Positions 18,975 through 28,527 of a DNA stretch of 64,000 bases are shown here, one piece after another. Each line of letters starts with the position of its first letter. Position 1 is the first letter of the stretch. Made by a program: the position numbers and the translations under genes. The notes below the pieces were generated by a model. That model searched no databases and was not told the DNA's origin. It saw only the letters and a list, made by a program, of their open reading frames with translations. Source of the DNA: Bdellovibrio sp. (lineage in GTDB: Bacteria > Bdellovibrionota > Bdellovibrionia > Bdellovibrionales > Bdellovibrionaceae); NCBI GenBank assembly GCA_036677065.1, contig JAKFBS010000011.1, forward strand, positions 96,001 to 160,000, read 5' to 3'.

Positions 18975-20071
18975 TATAAATACCCTCTGGCACGTTGATC
19001 AGCTTCGATCGCGTCGAATAAGGCTTGAAAGTTTCCATTACCGAAACCATCGTGACCTTTACGTTGAATCACTTCAAAGAAAACCGGGCCGATAACGTTT
19101 TTAGTAAAGATCTGTAATAAATAACCATCATGATCGCCATCAACTAAGATCGCATTTTTTTCTAAACGCGCGATATCTTCAGAAACCATTGGTAAACGGT
19201 CTTTTAACATTCCGTAATAGGTGTGCGGCGGAGCACTTAAAAATTCCATTTGATTTTTACGTAAGTCTTCTAATGTTGGAACGATATCATCAGTGATCAT
19301 CGCGATATGCTGAATGCCTGAACCTTTATATTCATCTAAGTACTCCTGAATTTGAGACTTAGTATCTTGCGGTTCATTGATCGGTACAGAAAATAAAGAA
19401 CACGGCGAGCGCATTACTTTTGAAATTAAGCCCGTCGATTTGCCTTTGATATCGAAATAGCGCGCTTCACGAAAGTTAAAAACTTTCTCGTAGAAATCAC
19501 ACCATTTTTGCATTTCACCCTTAGGCACGTTGTTCGTGAAATGATCGATAATTTTCATGCCTAAACCCGTTGGGTGTAGGTTGTTATTATCTTTTAAACC
19601 GAAAATATTTTCATAAAGGTGTTTATGATTTTTTTCATCGATGAAATAAACTAAAGAATCACCGATGCCATAAATTGCCGGAAACGGCGTTGCGCCACGT
19701 GCAGCTTCAGAACCATCGTAAGCTTTTGCACCGCGAGCAACTGCTGTTTCAAAAGCTTTGTTAGCATCAGCTACGCGAAAACCAGAAGAGGCTACCGCTG
19801 GCCCGTGGGCTTTTGCGAAATCCATCGCGAAAGTTCCAGGCTCAGTGTTTAAAATAAAATTGATGTCACCTTGGCGGTAAAGTTTAATTTTTTTACCCGC
19901 AATTTGTGCCACTTCAACAAAGCCCATTTTTTTAAATAGATTTTCGAAGTGAACAGCGTCAGCGCCGGCATATTCTAAAAAATCTACGCCATAAAGACCG
20001 ATTGGATTTTGTTCAGTGATTTTCGCTTTTGACCAGTCGATGGTCACAGGAGTTGGAGCAAATATTGCCAT
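18974..20071 (-). CDS. hppD: 4-hydroxyphenylpyruvate dioxygenase
   Basis: IDH, PINE, QIQEYL...GSGIQHIA, LLQIFT, FFE.IQR and GFG.GNF..LF.AIE. Confidence 0.96.
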   Translation of the reverse strand: MAIFAPTPVTIDWSKAKITEQNPIGLYGVDFLEYAGADAVHFENLFKKMGFVEVAQIAGKKIKLYRQGDINFILNTEPGTFAMDFAKAHGPAVASSGFRVADANKAFETAVARGAKAYDGSEAARGATPFPAIYGIGDSLVYFIDEKNHKHLYENIFGLKDNNNLHPTGLGMKIIDHFTNNVPKGEMQKWCDFYEKVFNFREARYFDIKGKSTGLISKVMRSPCSLFSVPINEPQDTKSQIQEYLDEYKGSGIQHIAMITDDIVPTLEDLRKNQMEFLSAPPHTYYGMLKDRLPMVSEDIARLEKNAILVDGDHDGYLLQIFTKNVIGPVFFEVIQRKGHDGFGNGNFQALFDAIEADQRARGYL

Positions 20072-20148
20072 TAAAAACCTCTCTCAATTGTCTAAGATTT
20101 GCCTACGGCAAAATATTGGGTAAATCTATCAAAAGGCTTTCGACAGGG

Positions 20149-21390
20149 TCAAAGATTTTGATAGAAGTTTTGCACCAGTGGATCAACGATAAATGAGCGC
20201 GGATTCCAGCGTACAATGTGTAATCCCGAAGCATCACGAAGCCTTGAAAGTGCTACGTAAGCATGACCGGGCTCCCATAAAGCACTTAAATCGCACCACA
20301 GCTCATCCAGGGTAGCTCCCTGAGATTTATGAATCGTTGTCGCGTACGCTAAAGTGAGTGGATATTGTATGACGCTAGCTCTCGCATTACCTTCGGCATC
20401 CAGCAAAGAAAAGGTCATTTTTTCAACTTTGACTTCGCGGCCGTAGTCTTTTTTAACGATCAAATGCTGATCTTCTTCACCTACGATAATACCACGAGTG
20501 CCATTCACCCAGCGCTTTTGCATGTCGTTTTTTAAAAACATCACGCGGCAACCGATTTTGACTCGTAAAGTTTCAGGTACCGGCGATTGTTTTTTTAAAT
20601 TCGTAACAAATTTTTCTTCACCAAAATAAATGGCTTCAAAGCTCATTTCTTTTTCGCTGATTTCAGCCAATCTTTTTTGATTATAATTTTCAGACTGTTC
20701 ACGGCGCGGAAATAAACGTGTGCCCGGATGTTCTTCATCATGCGGTTTAGTGCGCTGATTTAAAAAATCTGCGACCTTCTGAGTCATGCGCCCATTACGG
20801 ATTTCAGCCAGAACATCTAAAAATTCTGAGTCTTGCACCCGCTGATTATGCTTTAATTCACAAACTTGAAATCCCGTAGCGCTCCAGACTGGATTTAAAA
20901 AGCACCAGTCTCTTTTTTGCCCAGTTTTTGTCACCGGCGGAAGCTGGCCAAAATCACCAACGGCGATCATACGCATTCCACCCCAAGGTAATTTAGAATT
21001 TCTGGCTTTTTGCGCCAAAGCTTCAGCAATCATTAAAGCATCACCGGGTATCATCGAGATTTCATCGATGATACAGCCTTCGACTTTAGCTAAACGTTTT
21101 AATATTTTGTTGTCTTTACTGGCACGCTCAAAGGTGGCGTCAGTTCCACCCTCCATAATGCCTAGACCAAAAAATGAGTGAAAAGTTCTGCCACCGAGCA
21201 GCACTGCAGCAGCGCCGGTACTGGCTAAAATTGGCATAACTTTGGGATCCAAATCTTTTGTCAGCTCTTTAACGACAAAGGATTTACCGCTGCCCGCTCC
21301 TCCTGTAAGGAACACATTTTCGCCAGATCGCAATAATTCGAGGGCGTGAGCCTGTTCTTCTGAAAGTTGGACGGATTCTGTTTTTTTCAC
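20149..21390 (-). CDS. Pif1-family (SF1B) DNA helicase
   Basis: FLTGGAGSGKS, DEISM, GDFGQLPPV, YA.TIHKSQG.TL and YVALSR. Confidence 0.9.
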   Translation of the reverse strand: MKKTESVQLSEEQAHALELLRSGENVFLTGGAGSGKSFVVKELTKDLDPKVMPILASTGAAAVLLGGRTFHSFFGLGIMEGGTDATFERASKDNKILKRLAKVEGCIIDEISMIPGDALMIAEALAQKARNSKLPWGGMRMIAVGDFGQLPPVTKTGQKRDWCFLNPVWSATGFQVCELKHNQRVQDSEFLDVLAEIRNGRMTQKVADFLNQRTKPHDEEHPGTRLFPRREQSENYNQKRLAEISEKEMSFEAIYFGEEKFVTNLKKQSPVPETLRVKIGCRVMFLKNDMQKRWVNGTRGIIVGEEDQHLIVKKDYGREVKVEKMTFSLLDAEGNARASVIQYPLTLAYATTIHKSQGATLDELWCDLSALWEPGHAYVALSRLRDASGLHIVRWNPRSFIVDPLVQNFYQNL

Positions 21391-21489
21391 AACAGCTATA
21401 CTAACCGTGTTATGACCTCAGTCAAAACGTAATCTCTTACCAGAAATGTTGTTGCTGCATGTCTTGGCTAGGCCTATACTGTTTCACCA

Positions 21490-21846
21490 ATGACTTACGA
21501 ATTTAAACAAAAACTACCTAACCCTAATTTTGAAAATGTCTTTGATGTCACCGCCGAAGAAGTTAGAAGCAATGCTCAAAATCTAACGTTAATCGATGTG
21601 CGCCAACCGGAAGAATACACTGGAGAACTTGGACACGTTCATAATGCTCAATTAGTGGTGTTAGGTGAAATTCCAAACCAAATTAAAAATATTCCAACCG
21701 ATAAACCGGTCGTGTTTATTTGCCGTTCTGGCATGCGCTCGGCTCAAGCCAGTGCCTACGCTTATTCGCTGGGAATCACGAATACCTACAATATGCTTGG
21801 TGGCATGTTGTTATGGAACAAACTCTCACTCCCAGTAGAAAACTAA
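21490..21846 (+). CDS. Rhodanese-like domain protein
   Basis: LIDVRQPEEY...GH, CRSG.RS and GGM..W. Confidence 0.9.
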   Translation: MTYEFKQKLPNPNFENVFDVTAEEVRSNAQNLTLIDVRQPEEYTGELGHVHNAQLVVLGEIPNQIKNIPTDKPVVFICRSGMRSAQASAYAYSLGITNTYNMLGGMLLWNKLSLPVEN

Positions 21847-21866
21847 CCAAAACAGAAAGTACCTTA

Positions 21867-23246
21867 ATGTCGACAGAAAAAGTTTACGTCAACAGAACCT
21901 TGAACCTTAAAAAAATCAAATACATCGGTCTTGATATGGATCACACTTTGGTCCGCTACAACACTGAAAATTTTGAGCGCCTTTCACACACTACAATTAT
22001 TGACAAGTTAGTGAATAAAAAAGGCTACCCTGAAATTGTTAAAAAATTCACTTTTGATTTTAATTTCGCCTTACGCGGATTAGTGATCGATCGCCAACGC
22101 GGAAATTTATTAAAATTAAATCGCTACACGGCAATTCGTAATTCATTTCACGGCTTGAAACCTTTGGATTATAAAATTCACAGAAAAATGTATCACTCTA
22201 CCTACATTGATTTATCTAAATCTGATTACTTAGCGGTTGATACAAGCTTTTCTTACTCATTAGCCCATGCTTATTCGCAATTAGTGGATTTAAAAGATAG
22301 CGATCCTACTTTGAAATTACCTGAGTACTCAATCATTGCTGATGATGTTTTAGATGCTTTAGACGAAGCTCACCGCGACGGATCTTTAAAAGATGCCGTT
22401 CGCAAAAATGTTGAACACTACATCATCAAAGATGAAAATGTTATACGTGCATTAGAAAAATATAAAAAGCATGGTAAGAAAATTTTTATCGTAACAAATT
22501 CTGAATTTCATTATTCAAAATTATTATTAGATTATGCAGTTAATCCATTTTTAAAAGATCACAAATCATGGGTTGATCTTTTTGAGTTCGTGGTTACATT
22601 TGCGCAAAAGCCTAAATTCTTCTACGAAGATGCTAGATTCTTAAGAGTAAATCCAGAAGACGGAACAATGACTAACGTTGAAGGTAAATTGACTCCGGGC
22701 GTGTACCAAGGCGGAAACGCTAAGAAATTCACTTCAACATTAGATCTTGAAGGTGATGATATCCTTTACATCGGCGATCACATTTACGGCGATATCTTAC
22801 GATTAAAGAAAGATTGTAACTGGCGTACGGCAATGATCATCGAAGAGCTAGAGCACGAGATCAAACAAAACAGAACAGCTGAACCTCTAATGGAAGAAAT
22901 TGACTCTTTAATGAAACAAAAAGAGCCATTAGAAGATCATTTAACTGATTTAATGACTCAAAAATATGAACGTTTAACAAAAGTTGATGAAACTAAAATC
23001 GACCAATTACAAAAAGGCATTGGTGATTTTGACACTCAGATCAGTCAGCTCATTAAAAAACAGCAAGCGCTTTACAACCCTAACTGGGGGCAGTTAATGC
23101 GCGCTGGAAATGAAGAAAGTTATTTTGCATATCAAATGGAACGTTATGCCTGCGTCTACATGAGTAAGGTGCAAGATCTTTTTGATCTATCACCAAGAAC
23201 TTACTTTCGAGCACCACGACGTCCACTAAGTCACGAAGTCGAATAA
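21867..23246 (+). CDS. HAD-IG family 5'-nucleotidase (cN-II-like)
   Basis: VYVNR.L.L..I...GLDMDHTL, TNS, KP.FF and LYIGDHIYGDI. Start placed at the ATG at 21867. Confidence 0.92.
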   Translation: MSTEKVYVNRTLNLKKIKYIGLDMDHTLVRYNTENFERLSHTTIIDKLVNKKGYPEIVKKFTFDFNFALRGLVIDRQRGNLLKLNRYTAIRNSFHGLKPLDYKIHRKMYHSTYIDLSKSDYLAVDTSFSYSLAHAYSQLVDLKDSDPTLKLPEYSIIADDVLDALDEAHRDGSLKDAVRKNVEHYIIKDENVIRALEKYKKHGKKIFIVTNSEFHYSKLLLDYAVNPFLKDHKSWVDLFEFVVTFAQKPKFFYEDARFLRVNPEDGTMTNVEGKLTPGVYQGGNAKKFTSTLDLEGDDILYIGDHIYGDILRLKKDCNWRTAMIIEELEHEIKQNRTAEPLMEEIDSLMKQKEPLEDHLTDLMTQKYERLTKVDETKIDQLQKGIGDFDTQISQLIKKQQALYNPNWGQLMRAGNEESYFAYQMERYACVYMSKVQDLFDLSPRTYFRAPRRPLSHEVE

Positions 23247-23271
23247 ACACAAAAAAGGAAAAGGAAAACCT

Positions 23272-23919
23272 ATGAAAAAAACAATCACCCTAGTTATCAC
23301 TGCTGCGGCCTTAACTTTAACAGGCTGTGCTTCTGAAAACAAAAACACACAAAAAGGTGCTGGTATCGGCGCTTTAGCTGGTGCTGCTGTTGGCGCTATC
23401 ATTGGTCACCAAACTGGTAACCGCGCAAAAGGTGCTGCTGCAGGCGCATTACTTGGTGCTGGTATCGGCGGATACGCTGGTCACCGTATGGATCAACAAG
23501 CTAAAGAATTAGAAAAAATCGCTGAAACTAAACGTACTGAACAAGGTTTAGTAACTAAATTAAAAAGTGATATCTTATTTGAAACTGGTAAAGCTGATTT
23601 AAAACCAACAGCTAAAACTAATCTTAAAGAGATGGCTACAATCATGAAAAAGTACCCAGAAAACGTTTTAGCCGTTAAAGGTTACACAGACGCAACTGGT
23701 ACAGATAAAACTAACCAAACTTTATCGCAAAAACGTGCTGACGCTGTAAAAAAAGAATTAACAGCTAACGGTATTCCAACGACTGTTGTTTCAACCCAAG
23801 GTTTAGGCCCTGCTAATCCAGTCGCTGACAATGCTTCTGCTGACGGCCGCAAACAAAACCGCCGCGTAGAAATCGAAGTAACAGTAGACGAATCAAAAGT
23901 TCCTGCTGAGAAAAAATAA
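23272..23919 (+). CDS. OmpA-family lipoprotein with glycine zipper
   Basis: Lipobox LTGC, Gly-zipper, GYTD, LS..RA and NRRVEI. Confidence 0.93.
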   Translation: MKKTITLVITAAALTLTGCASENKNTQKGAGIGALAGAAVGAIIGHQTGNRAKGAAAGALLGAGIGGYAGHRMDQQAKELEKIAETKRTEQGLVTKLKSDILFETGKADLKPTAKTNLKEMATIMKKYPENVLAVKGYTDATGTDKTNQTLSQKRADAVKKELTANGIPTTVVSTQGLGPANPVADNASADGRKQNRRVEIEVTVDESKVPAEKK

Positions 23920-23921
23920 GG

Positions 23922-23954
23922 GTAACAGTTCCCTTTCTGATACGCACAGTATCA
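23922..23954. repeat. REP-like element, copy 1
   Basis: GTAACAGTTCCCTTT (identical to 29706-29720) followed by hairpin TGATAC-GCACA-GTATCA. Confidence 0.55.
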
Positions 23955-23956
23955 AT

Positions 23957-23990
23957 AAAAAACCCACGTCTATAAAACGTGGGTTTTTTT
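23957..23990. terminator. Bidirectional intrinsic terminator
   Basis: AAAAAACCCACGT-CTATAAA-ACGTGGGTTTTTT. Confidence 0.85.
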
Positions 23991-24054
23991 ATGCCTGAGT
24001 GATGATGCCAGAGCCGCTTAATAAAATCAGCGTTGCGAAAGCTACTTCTTTCAT
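23989..24054 (-). CDS. Small ORF, 21 aa (MKEVAFATLILLSGSGIITQA): small peptide or gene remnant
   Basis: AAGGAG RBS 6 nt before the ATG; signal-peptide-like sequence; the stop lies in the terminator arm. Confidence 0.4.
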   Translation of the reverse strand: MKEVAFATLILLSGSGIITQA

Positions 24055-24160
24055 AGAAATCTCCTTGTTATAGGCATTTCTACCGCCGAATGAAATATTA
24101 ATATAATGAATAAAAGTCTATTCTGTAATAATCAAAATTAATGATTTAGCCTCGTAAACA

Positions 24161-24916
24161 CTACTTGCCTAATAGAATCATATAATCAGCATCACCTGTG
24201 ATATCCATTAATCCAATGCGTGGAGGCGGAGCTTGTTGTAGTTTTACTAAATCAATACGGCGGCGAATCGCTCGTGATTTGTTGATTATGCCACACGCCC
24301 AGGGTGAAGTTCCGGTTTTATCTTCGGTATCACACTTAAATAAAGTCTGACGCTCTTCTTCAATAACAGCCGGAAAAAATCCCAGCGAAAACGCGAAGGG
24401 TTTAAGTTGCGTAAGTTCTTGGATTTTTCCATGCGGGTTAGCCTGAATAAAATTTGTAGAATAAATGGCCGCCGTGATCACTAAAATCTTTTTATCTTTA
24501 TTGGCGTTAATTAGTTCTGCGACTTCAGCAAAATTTTCTTTTAACAGAATTTCATGAGTCATGCCGAATTCTTTTTCTATTTCTACAGCTAACATTAATT
24601 CTTTATCGACGATAACGATATCAAAAGGCCCGTTGTGCTTTTCAATTTCTTGTTTCAGCAACTGACTAAGATCAATTTGAGCTTTGTTTTCTGGTTCATA
24701 GCCGATCCAAAAATACTTTTGTTTGCCGATTTCTGTCTGTAAACTTTGTTCAATCGAAGTTGCAAATTCGGCATTATCTTTGAAGTAACTTAATTGAATT
24801 TTTGGAACTGTGGTTTGCGCATCGGCTCCCGAAAAATGAATCACCAGTGCTCCTGCCACTAGGCACAAGAGTAACGTAAACAAAATTGGGCGATAACTAG
24901 GCTTTTGTTTGTTCAT
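24161..24916 (-). CDS. Secreted or membrane-anchored hypothetical protein
   Basis: 251-aa ORF with an N-terminal hydrophobic segment and AAGGA RBS. Confidence 0.7.
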   Translation of the reverse strand: MNKQKPSYRPILFTLLLCLVAGALVIHFSGADAQTTVPKIQLSYFKDNAEFATSIEQSLQTEIGKQKYFWIGYEPENKAQIDLSQLLKQEIEKHNGPFDIVIVDKELMLAVEIEKEFGMTHEILLKENFAEVAELINANKDKKILVITAAIYSTNFIQANPHGKIQELTQLKPFAFSLGFFPAVIEEERQTLFKCDTEDKTGTSPWACGIINKSRAIRRRIDLVKLQQAPPPRIGLMDITGDADYMILLGK

Positions 24917-24970
24917 AGTGGGATATCCTTTATGTACGTGTATTTAAACGCTTTTGGGCAAAATACTCTA

Positions 24971-24998
24971 TTGCGTTTGAAATAAAAAGTGTTATGTT
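24971..24998 (+). promoter_or_regulatory. Putative sigma70 promoter of the pan/coa operon
   Basis: TTGCGT-16 nt-TATGTT with TG extension. Confidence 0.4.
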
Positions 24999-25050
24999 TC
25001 GGGCATAGAGTATAGACTCTAAGTAAAGCAAATATGCTTTAAATATTTAA

Positions 25051-25089
25051 TTGGACTTGATCGAAAGTTAGATAATCGACAGGTACCGG
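25051..25089 (+). ncRNA. Candidate pan-motif-like cis-regulatory RNA hairpin
   Basis: UUGG-ACUUG-(A)-UCGA pairs with UCGA-CAGGU-(A)-CCGG, giving one bulged A on each strand. It lies directly 5' of pantothenate genes and overlaps the GGAG RBS. Confidence 0.5.
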
Positions 25090-25096
25090 AGAAAAT

Positions 25097-25777
25097 ATGG
25101 AAAATGTTCTAATTATAGGCCACGGCCGACTTGCGAAGCATCTGATTCATTGGTGCGGACTATTGCAAAAAAATGTCAGTCATTGGCATCGTGCTGATGC
25201 AACAAAACCCCTTAATTTAAAAAATATCGATTATATTTGGTTAGCGATTAGCGATAACGCCTTGGTTTCTTTTTATGAAGAATCACTAAAACCTGTTTTA
25301 TCAGGCCAAAAAGTTGTGCACTTTAGCGGAACCGTGCATCACGCAGAGATGATCGCGGCGCACCCATTAATGACTTTTTCCCACGAACTTTATGATCTAG
25401 CGACTTACGGCAAAATTTATTTCGGCTTAACTGGGGCAGATTCCTTAGCAGAAGCGCTACCTGGTTTTACAAATCCAGCTTTTAAAGTGCGCGCCGAAGA
25501 TAAACCCCTTTATCACGCCCTTTGTGTGACTGCTGGCAATTTACCGCAATTAATCTGGAGCGAAACCGAAACGCAGTTCGCAGATTTGAAAATTCCAAAA
25601 GCCGCAGTTCAAAATTTCTTGCAGCAAAGTTTAACTAATTTTTTCGCTCTTGGTCCAAGTGCTGTGACTGGACCGATCGTGCGTAAAGATACGGCGACGA
25701 TTGCAAAAAATCTTTCTGCTTTAGAAAAAGTGAATTTAAAACTTAAAAATATTTACCAAAGTTTTTTACAAGGATAA
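25097..25777 (+). CDS. Rossmann-like + DUF2520 protein, probable PanG-type ketopantoate reductase
   Basis: IIG.G.L, VVHFSG, HPLMTF, YHA and TGPIVR.D; first gene of a pan operon that has no panE. Confidence 0.75.
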   Translation: MENVLIIGHGRLAKHLIHWCGLLQKNVSHWHRADATKPLNLKNIDYIWLAISDNALVSFYEESLKPVLSGQKVVHFSGTVHHAEMIAAHPLMTFSHELYDLATYGKIYFGLTGADSLAEALPGFTNPAFKVRAEDKPLYHALCVTAGNLPQLIWSETETQFADLKIPKAAVQNFLQQSLTNFFALGPSAVTGPIVRKDTATIAKNLSALEKVNLKLKNIYQSFLQG

Positions 25778-25781
25778 TGCC

Positions 25782-26573
25782 ATGAAAACAATTCTGGATT
25801 TTGCTAACAAAAAAGTTAAAAAAGAAAAATTCTCAATGGTCACTTGTTACGACTACGGGTTTGCAAAAATCGTGGCGGAATCAAAAGTAGACACCATTTT
25901 AGTCGGAGATTCATTAGCGCAAGTTATCCACGGCTTTCCCAACACCCTTCACGCAACGATTGAAATGATGGCGCTGCACACAGCGGCTGTGGCTCGCGGT
26001 GCCGGAAATAAATTTATCGTGGCTGATATGCCATTCATGTCGACGCGCAAAGGTTTAGAAACCGCAATGAACGATGTGCAAAAATTAATGGTCGCAGGTG
26101 CGCATGCGGTAAAAATTGAAAATGCAGACGGCCATGCTGAATTAATAAAACACATTGTTGAATCAGGTGTTCCTGTGATGGGCCATTTAGGATTAACGCC
26201 GCAATCAATTCATCAATTGGGCGGTCCTAAAATTCAAGGCCGTACCCAAAACAGTGCCGAAAAATTATTGAACGATGCTTTCATTATGGAACAAGCGGGT
26301 TGTTTTTCACTGGTGCTTGAATGTATTCCGTCAGTGTTAGCCGCAAAAGTAACTGAAAGTTTAAAAATTCCTACAATCGGAATTGGTGCTGGTATTGAAA
26401 CCGACGGCCAAGTTTTAGTATTAAACGATATGTTAGGTATGACTCCGGATTTTAGCCCAAAATTTTTAAAGAAATTTGGCCAAGGTCATGACCACACTTT
26501 AACAGCATTAAACCAATACGCTGCTGAAGTAAGTGATAAGTCATTTCCTAAACCAGAAAATGGGTATGAGTAA
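25782..26573 (+). CDS. panB: 3-methyl-2-oxobutanoate hydroxymethyltransferase
   Basis: T.YD, ILVGDS, ADMPF, AVKIE, GHLGLTPQ, IGIGAG and DGQVLV. Confidence 0.96.
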   Translation: MKTILDFANKKVKKEKFSMVTCYDYGFAKIVAESKVDTILVGDSLAQVIHGFPNTLHATIEMMALHTAAVARGAGNKFIVADMPFMSTRKGLETAMNDVQKLMVAGAHAVKIENADGHAELIKHIVESGVPVMGHLGLTPQSIHQLGGPKIQGRTQNSAEKLLNDAFIMEQAGCFSLVLECIPSVLAAKVTESLKIPTIGIGAGIETDGQVLVLNDMLGMTPDFSPKFLKKFGQGHDHTLTALNQYAAEVSDKSFPKPENGYE

Positions 26574-27332
26574 ATGAAACAGACTAAAGTAATCGAACGT
26601 CCGCAAGATTTGATTGAATACCGTAAAAAGTATTCTTCGATTGGCTTTGTACCAACGATGGGCGCTTTACATGCAGGCCATGCAAGCCTTATGAAACAAG
26701 CAAGTTCAGAAAATGAACTGACTATAGCTAGTATTTTTGTGAACCCGACGCAATTCAACAATGCGACTGATTTAGAAAAATACCCAAAAACTTTTGAAAA
26801 CGATTTAAAGATCGCCTCTGAAAATGGCGTAGATATTTTATTTTTTCCTCAAGTCACAGATATTTATCCAGACGATTACCGTTTTAAAGTTACAGAAAAT
26901 GATTTTTCAACAAAACTTTGTGGTGCTCATCGCCCAGGGCATTTTGATGGTGTATTAACTGTTGTTCTTAAATTGTTACAAATCACCGGATGCACTAAAG
27001 CGTATTTTGGTCTTAAAGATCACCAACAATATAAATTAATCAGTGATATGGCGAAAAGTTTGTTTTTACCGACTCAAATTATTGGCTTACCAACAGTACG
27101 TGAAGCTTCTGGTTTAGCTATGAGTTCGCGTAATATGCGTCTAAGCCCTGAAGGCAAAGACAAAGCCAGTCTGATTTATAAAACAATCACGCAAAAAATT
27201 ACTCCACAAGAAGCTAACCAGATTTTAACGAAGAATGGTTTTACCGTGGATTATTTAGAAGATATCGCAGATCACAGATACGTGGCTGCAACTCTTGAAG
27301 GGATTAGGTTGATTGATAATGTTGAAATCTAA
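26574..27332 (+). CDS. panC: Pantoate-beta-alanine ligase
   Basis: VPTMGALHAGH, SIFVNPTQF, RPGHF.GV, GLAMSSRN and RLIDN. Confidence 0.96.
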   Translation: MKQTKVIERPQDLIEYRKKYSSIGFVPTMGALHAGHASLMKQASSENELTIASIFVNPTQFNNATDLEKYPKTFENDLKIASENGVDILFFPQVTDIYPDDYRFKVTENDFSTKLCGAHRPGHFDGVLTVVLKLLQITGCTKAYFGLKDHQQYKLISDMAKSLFLPTQIIGLPTVREASGLAMSSRNMRLSPEGKDKASLIYKTITQKITPQEANQILTKNGFTVDYLEDIADHRYVAATLEGIRLIDNVEI

Positions 27333-28527
27333 CACAAACCCGAAATTATTATTTATCCTGACTGGATCGATTGCTTTATACAAAGTGATGAATGTTCTTA
27401 GTCATTTTAAAAAACTAAATTACCAAATTAAAGTTGTAGCCACTGAATCAGCTTTAAAGTTTGTTGGCGTATCAACGATTGAAGGTTTAACTGCTGAAAA
27501 AGTGCATGTAGATCTATATGCTAACGGCTCAAACATGGATCATATCCATTTGATTCGTTGGGCTGATGCTATTGTCGTGGCGCCAGCAACAGCAAATTAT
27601 ATTAATAAATTAGCTACTGGCATTGCCGATGATTTAGCTTCAACTTTATTTTTAGCTCATGATTTTACTAAACCTTTTGCGGTATTTCCGGCGATGAATA
27701 CAAAAATGTACCAGCACCCGTCGACGCAAAAATCGATTACCCAGTTAAAATCTTGGGGCGTTGATATCTTAGAATCAGCCTCTGGTGTATTAGCATGTGG
27801 TGAAATCGGAGTCGGGCGCTTGCTTGAACCTGAACAAATGATCACAGCGATTGAAAATTTACGATGGCCAGTCAATGTAACTAAACCTACTGGCACGCCA
27901 ATTACAAAAGCTAAAAAGATTTTAATTTCTTCTGGCGGCACACAAGAGCCAATTGATGATATTCGTGTAATCACAAATAAAAGTAGCGGTAAAACCGCAG
28001 CGCAGATCGCTGATCAATTTATCAGTAATGGCTTCACCGTGACTTACTTAGCTGCAGAAACAGCAAAATTGCCAACTTTAGAGTGCGAAGTAATTAATTA
28101 CTCAAGTTTTCAAAGTTTAGAAAAAAAATTACGTGAGCTTTTACCACAGGACTTCTCAACATTTATTCACGCCGCTGCTGTCAGCGATTATTCAGTGGTG
28201 CCGGCCGAAGGTAAGATCAATTCTGATAGCGAAGAATTAACGATTAAACTTAAACGTAATCCTAAATTGATCGATTTAGTTAAAAAATTAAGCCCCTCAA
28301 CAAAATTAGTCGGTTTTAAATTAACTTCTACAACCGATGAAAAACTAGTTTCTGATAAGATCACTAAACTTTTTGAAAATGCAAAATGTGATGTTGTCAT
28401 TCATAATGACTGGTCATCAGTTACTTCAGATAAACACTTATTTAATATGCACAGTAAAACTAATCCTGTAAAAACAAACTTAACCCTTGATGATCTTGCC
28501 CAAGAACTCATTGCGGAGGCTTTATGA
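27319..28527 (+). CDS. coaBC: Phosphopantothenoylcysteine decarboxylase/synthetase
   Basis: TGSIA.YK, APATAN, PAMN..M, LACG..G.GR, T.EPID.IR.ITN.SSG and AAAVSDY. Confidence 0.94.
   Translation: MLKSNTNPKLLFILTGSIALYKVMNVLSHFKKLNYQIKVVATESALKFVGVSTIEGLTAEKVHVDLYANGSNMDHIHLIRWADAIVVAPATANYINKLATGIADDLASTLFLAHDFTKPFAVFPAMNTKMYQHPSTQKSITQLKSWGVDILESASGVLACGEIGVGRLLEPEQMITAIENLRWPVNVTKPTGTPITKAKKILISSGGTQEPIDDIRVITNKSSGKTAAQIADQFISNGFTVTYLAAETAKLPTLECEVINYSSFQSLEKKLRELLPQDFSTFIHAAAVSDYSVVPAEGKINSDSEELTIKLKRNPKLIDLVKKLSPSTKLVGFKLTSTTDEKLVSDKITKLFENAKCDVVIHNDWSSVTSDKHLFNMHSKTNPVKTNLTLDDLAQELIAEAL

Noticed and set aside
21720..21866. Extended N-terminus of the 5'-nucleotidase ORF
   Set aside because: It overlaps the rhodanese gene in another frame; family similarity begins at MSTEKVYVNR (21867).
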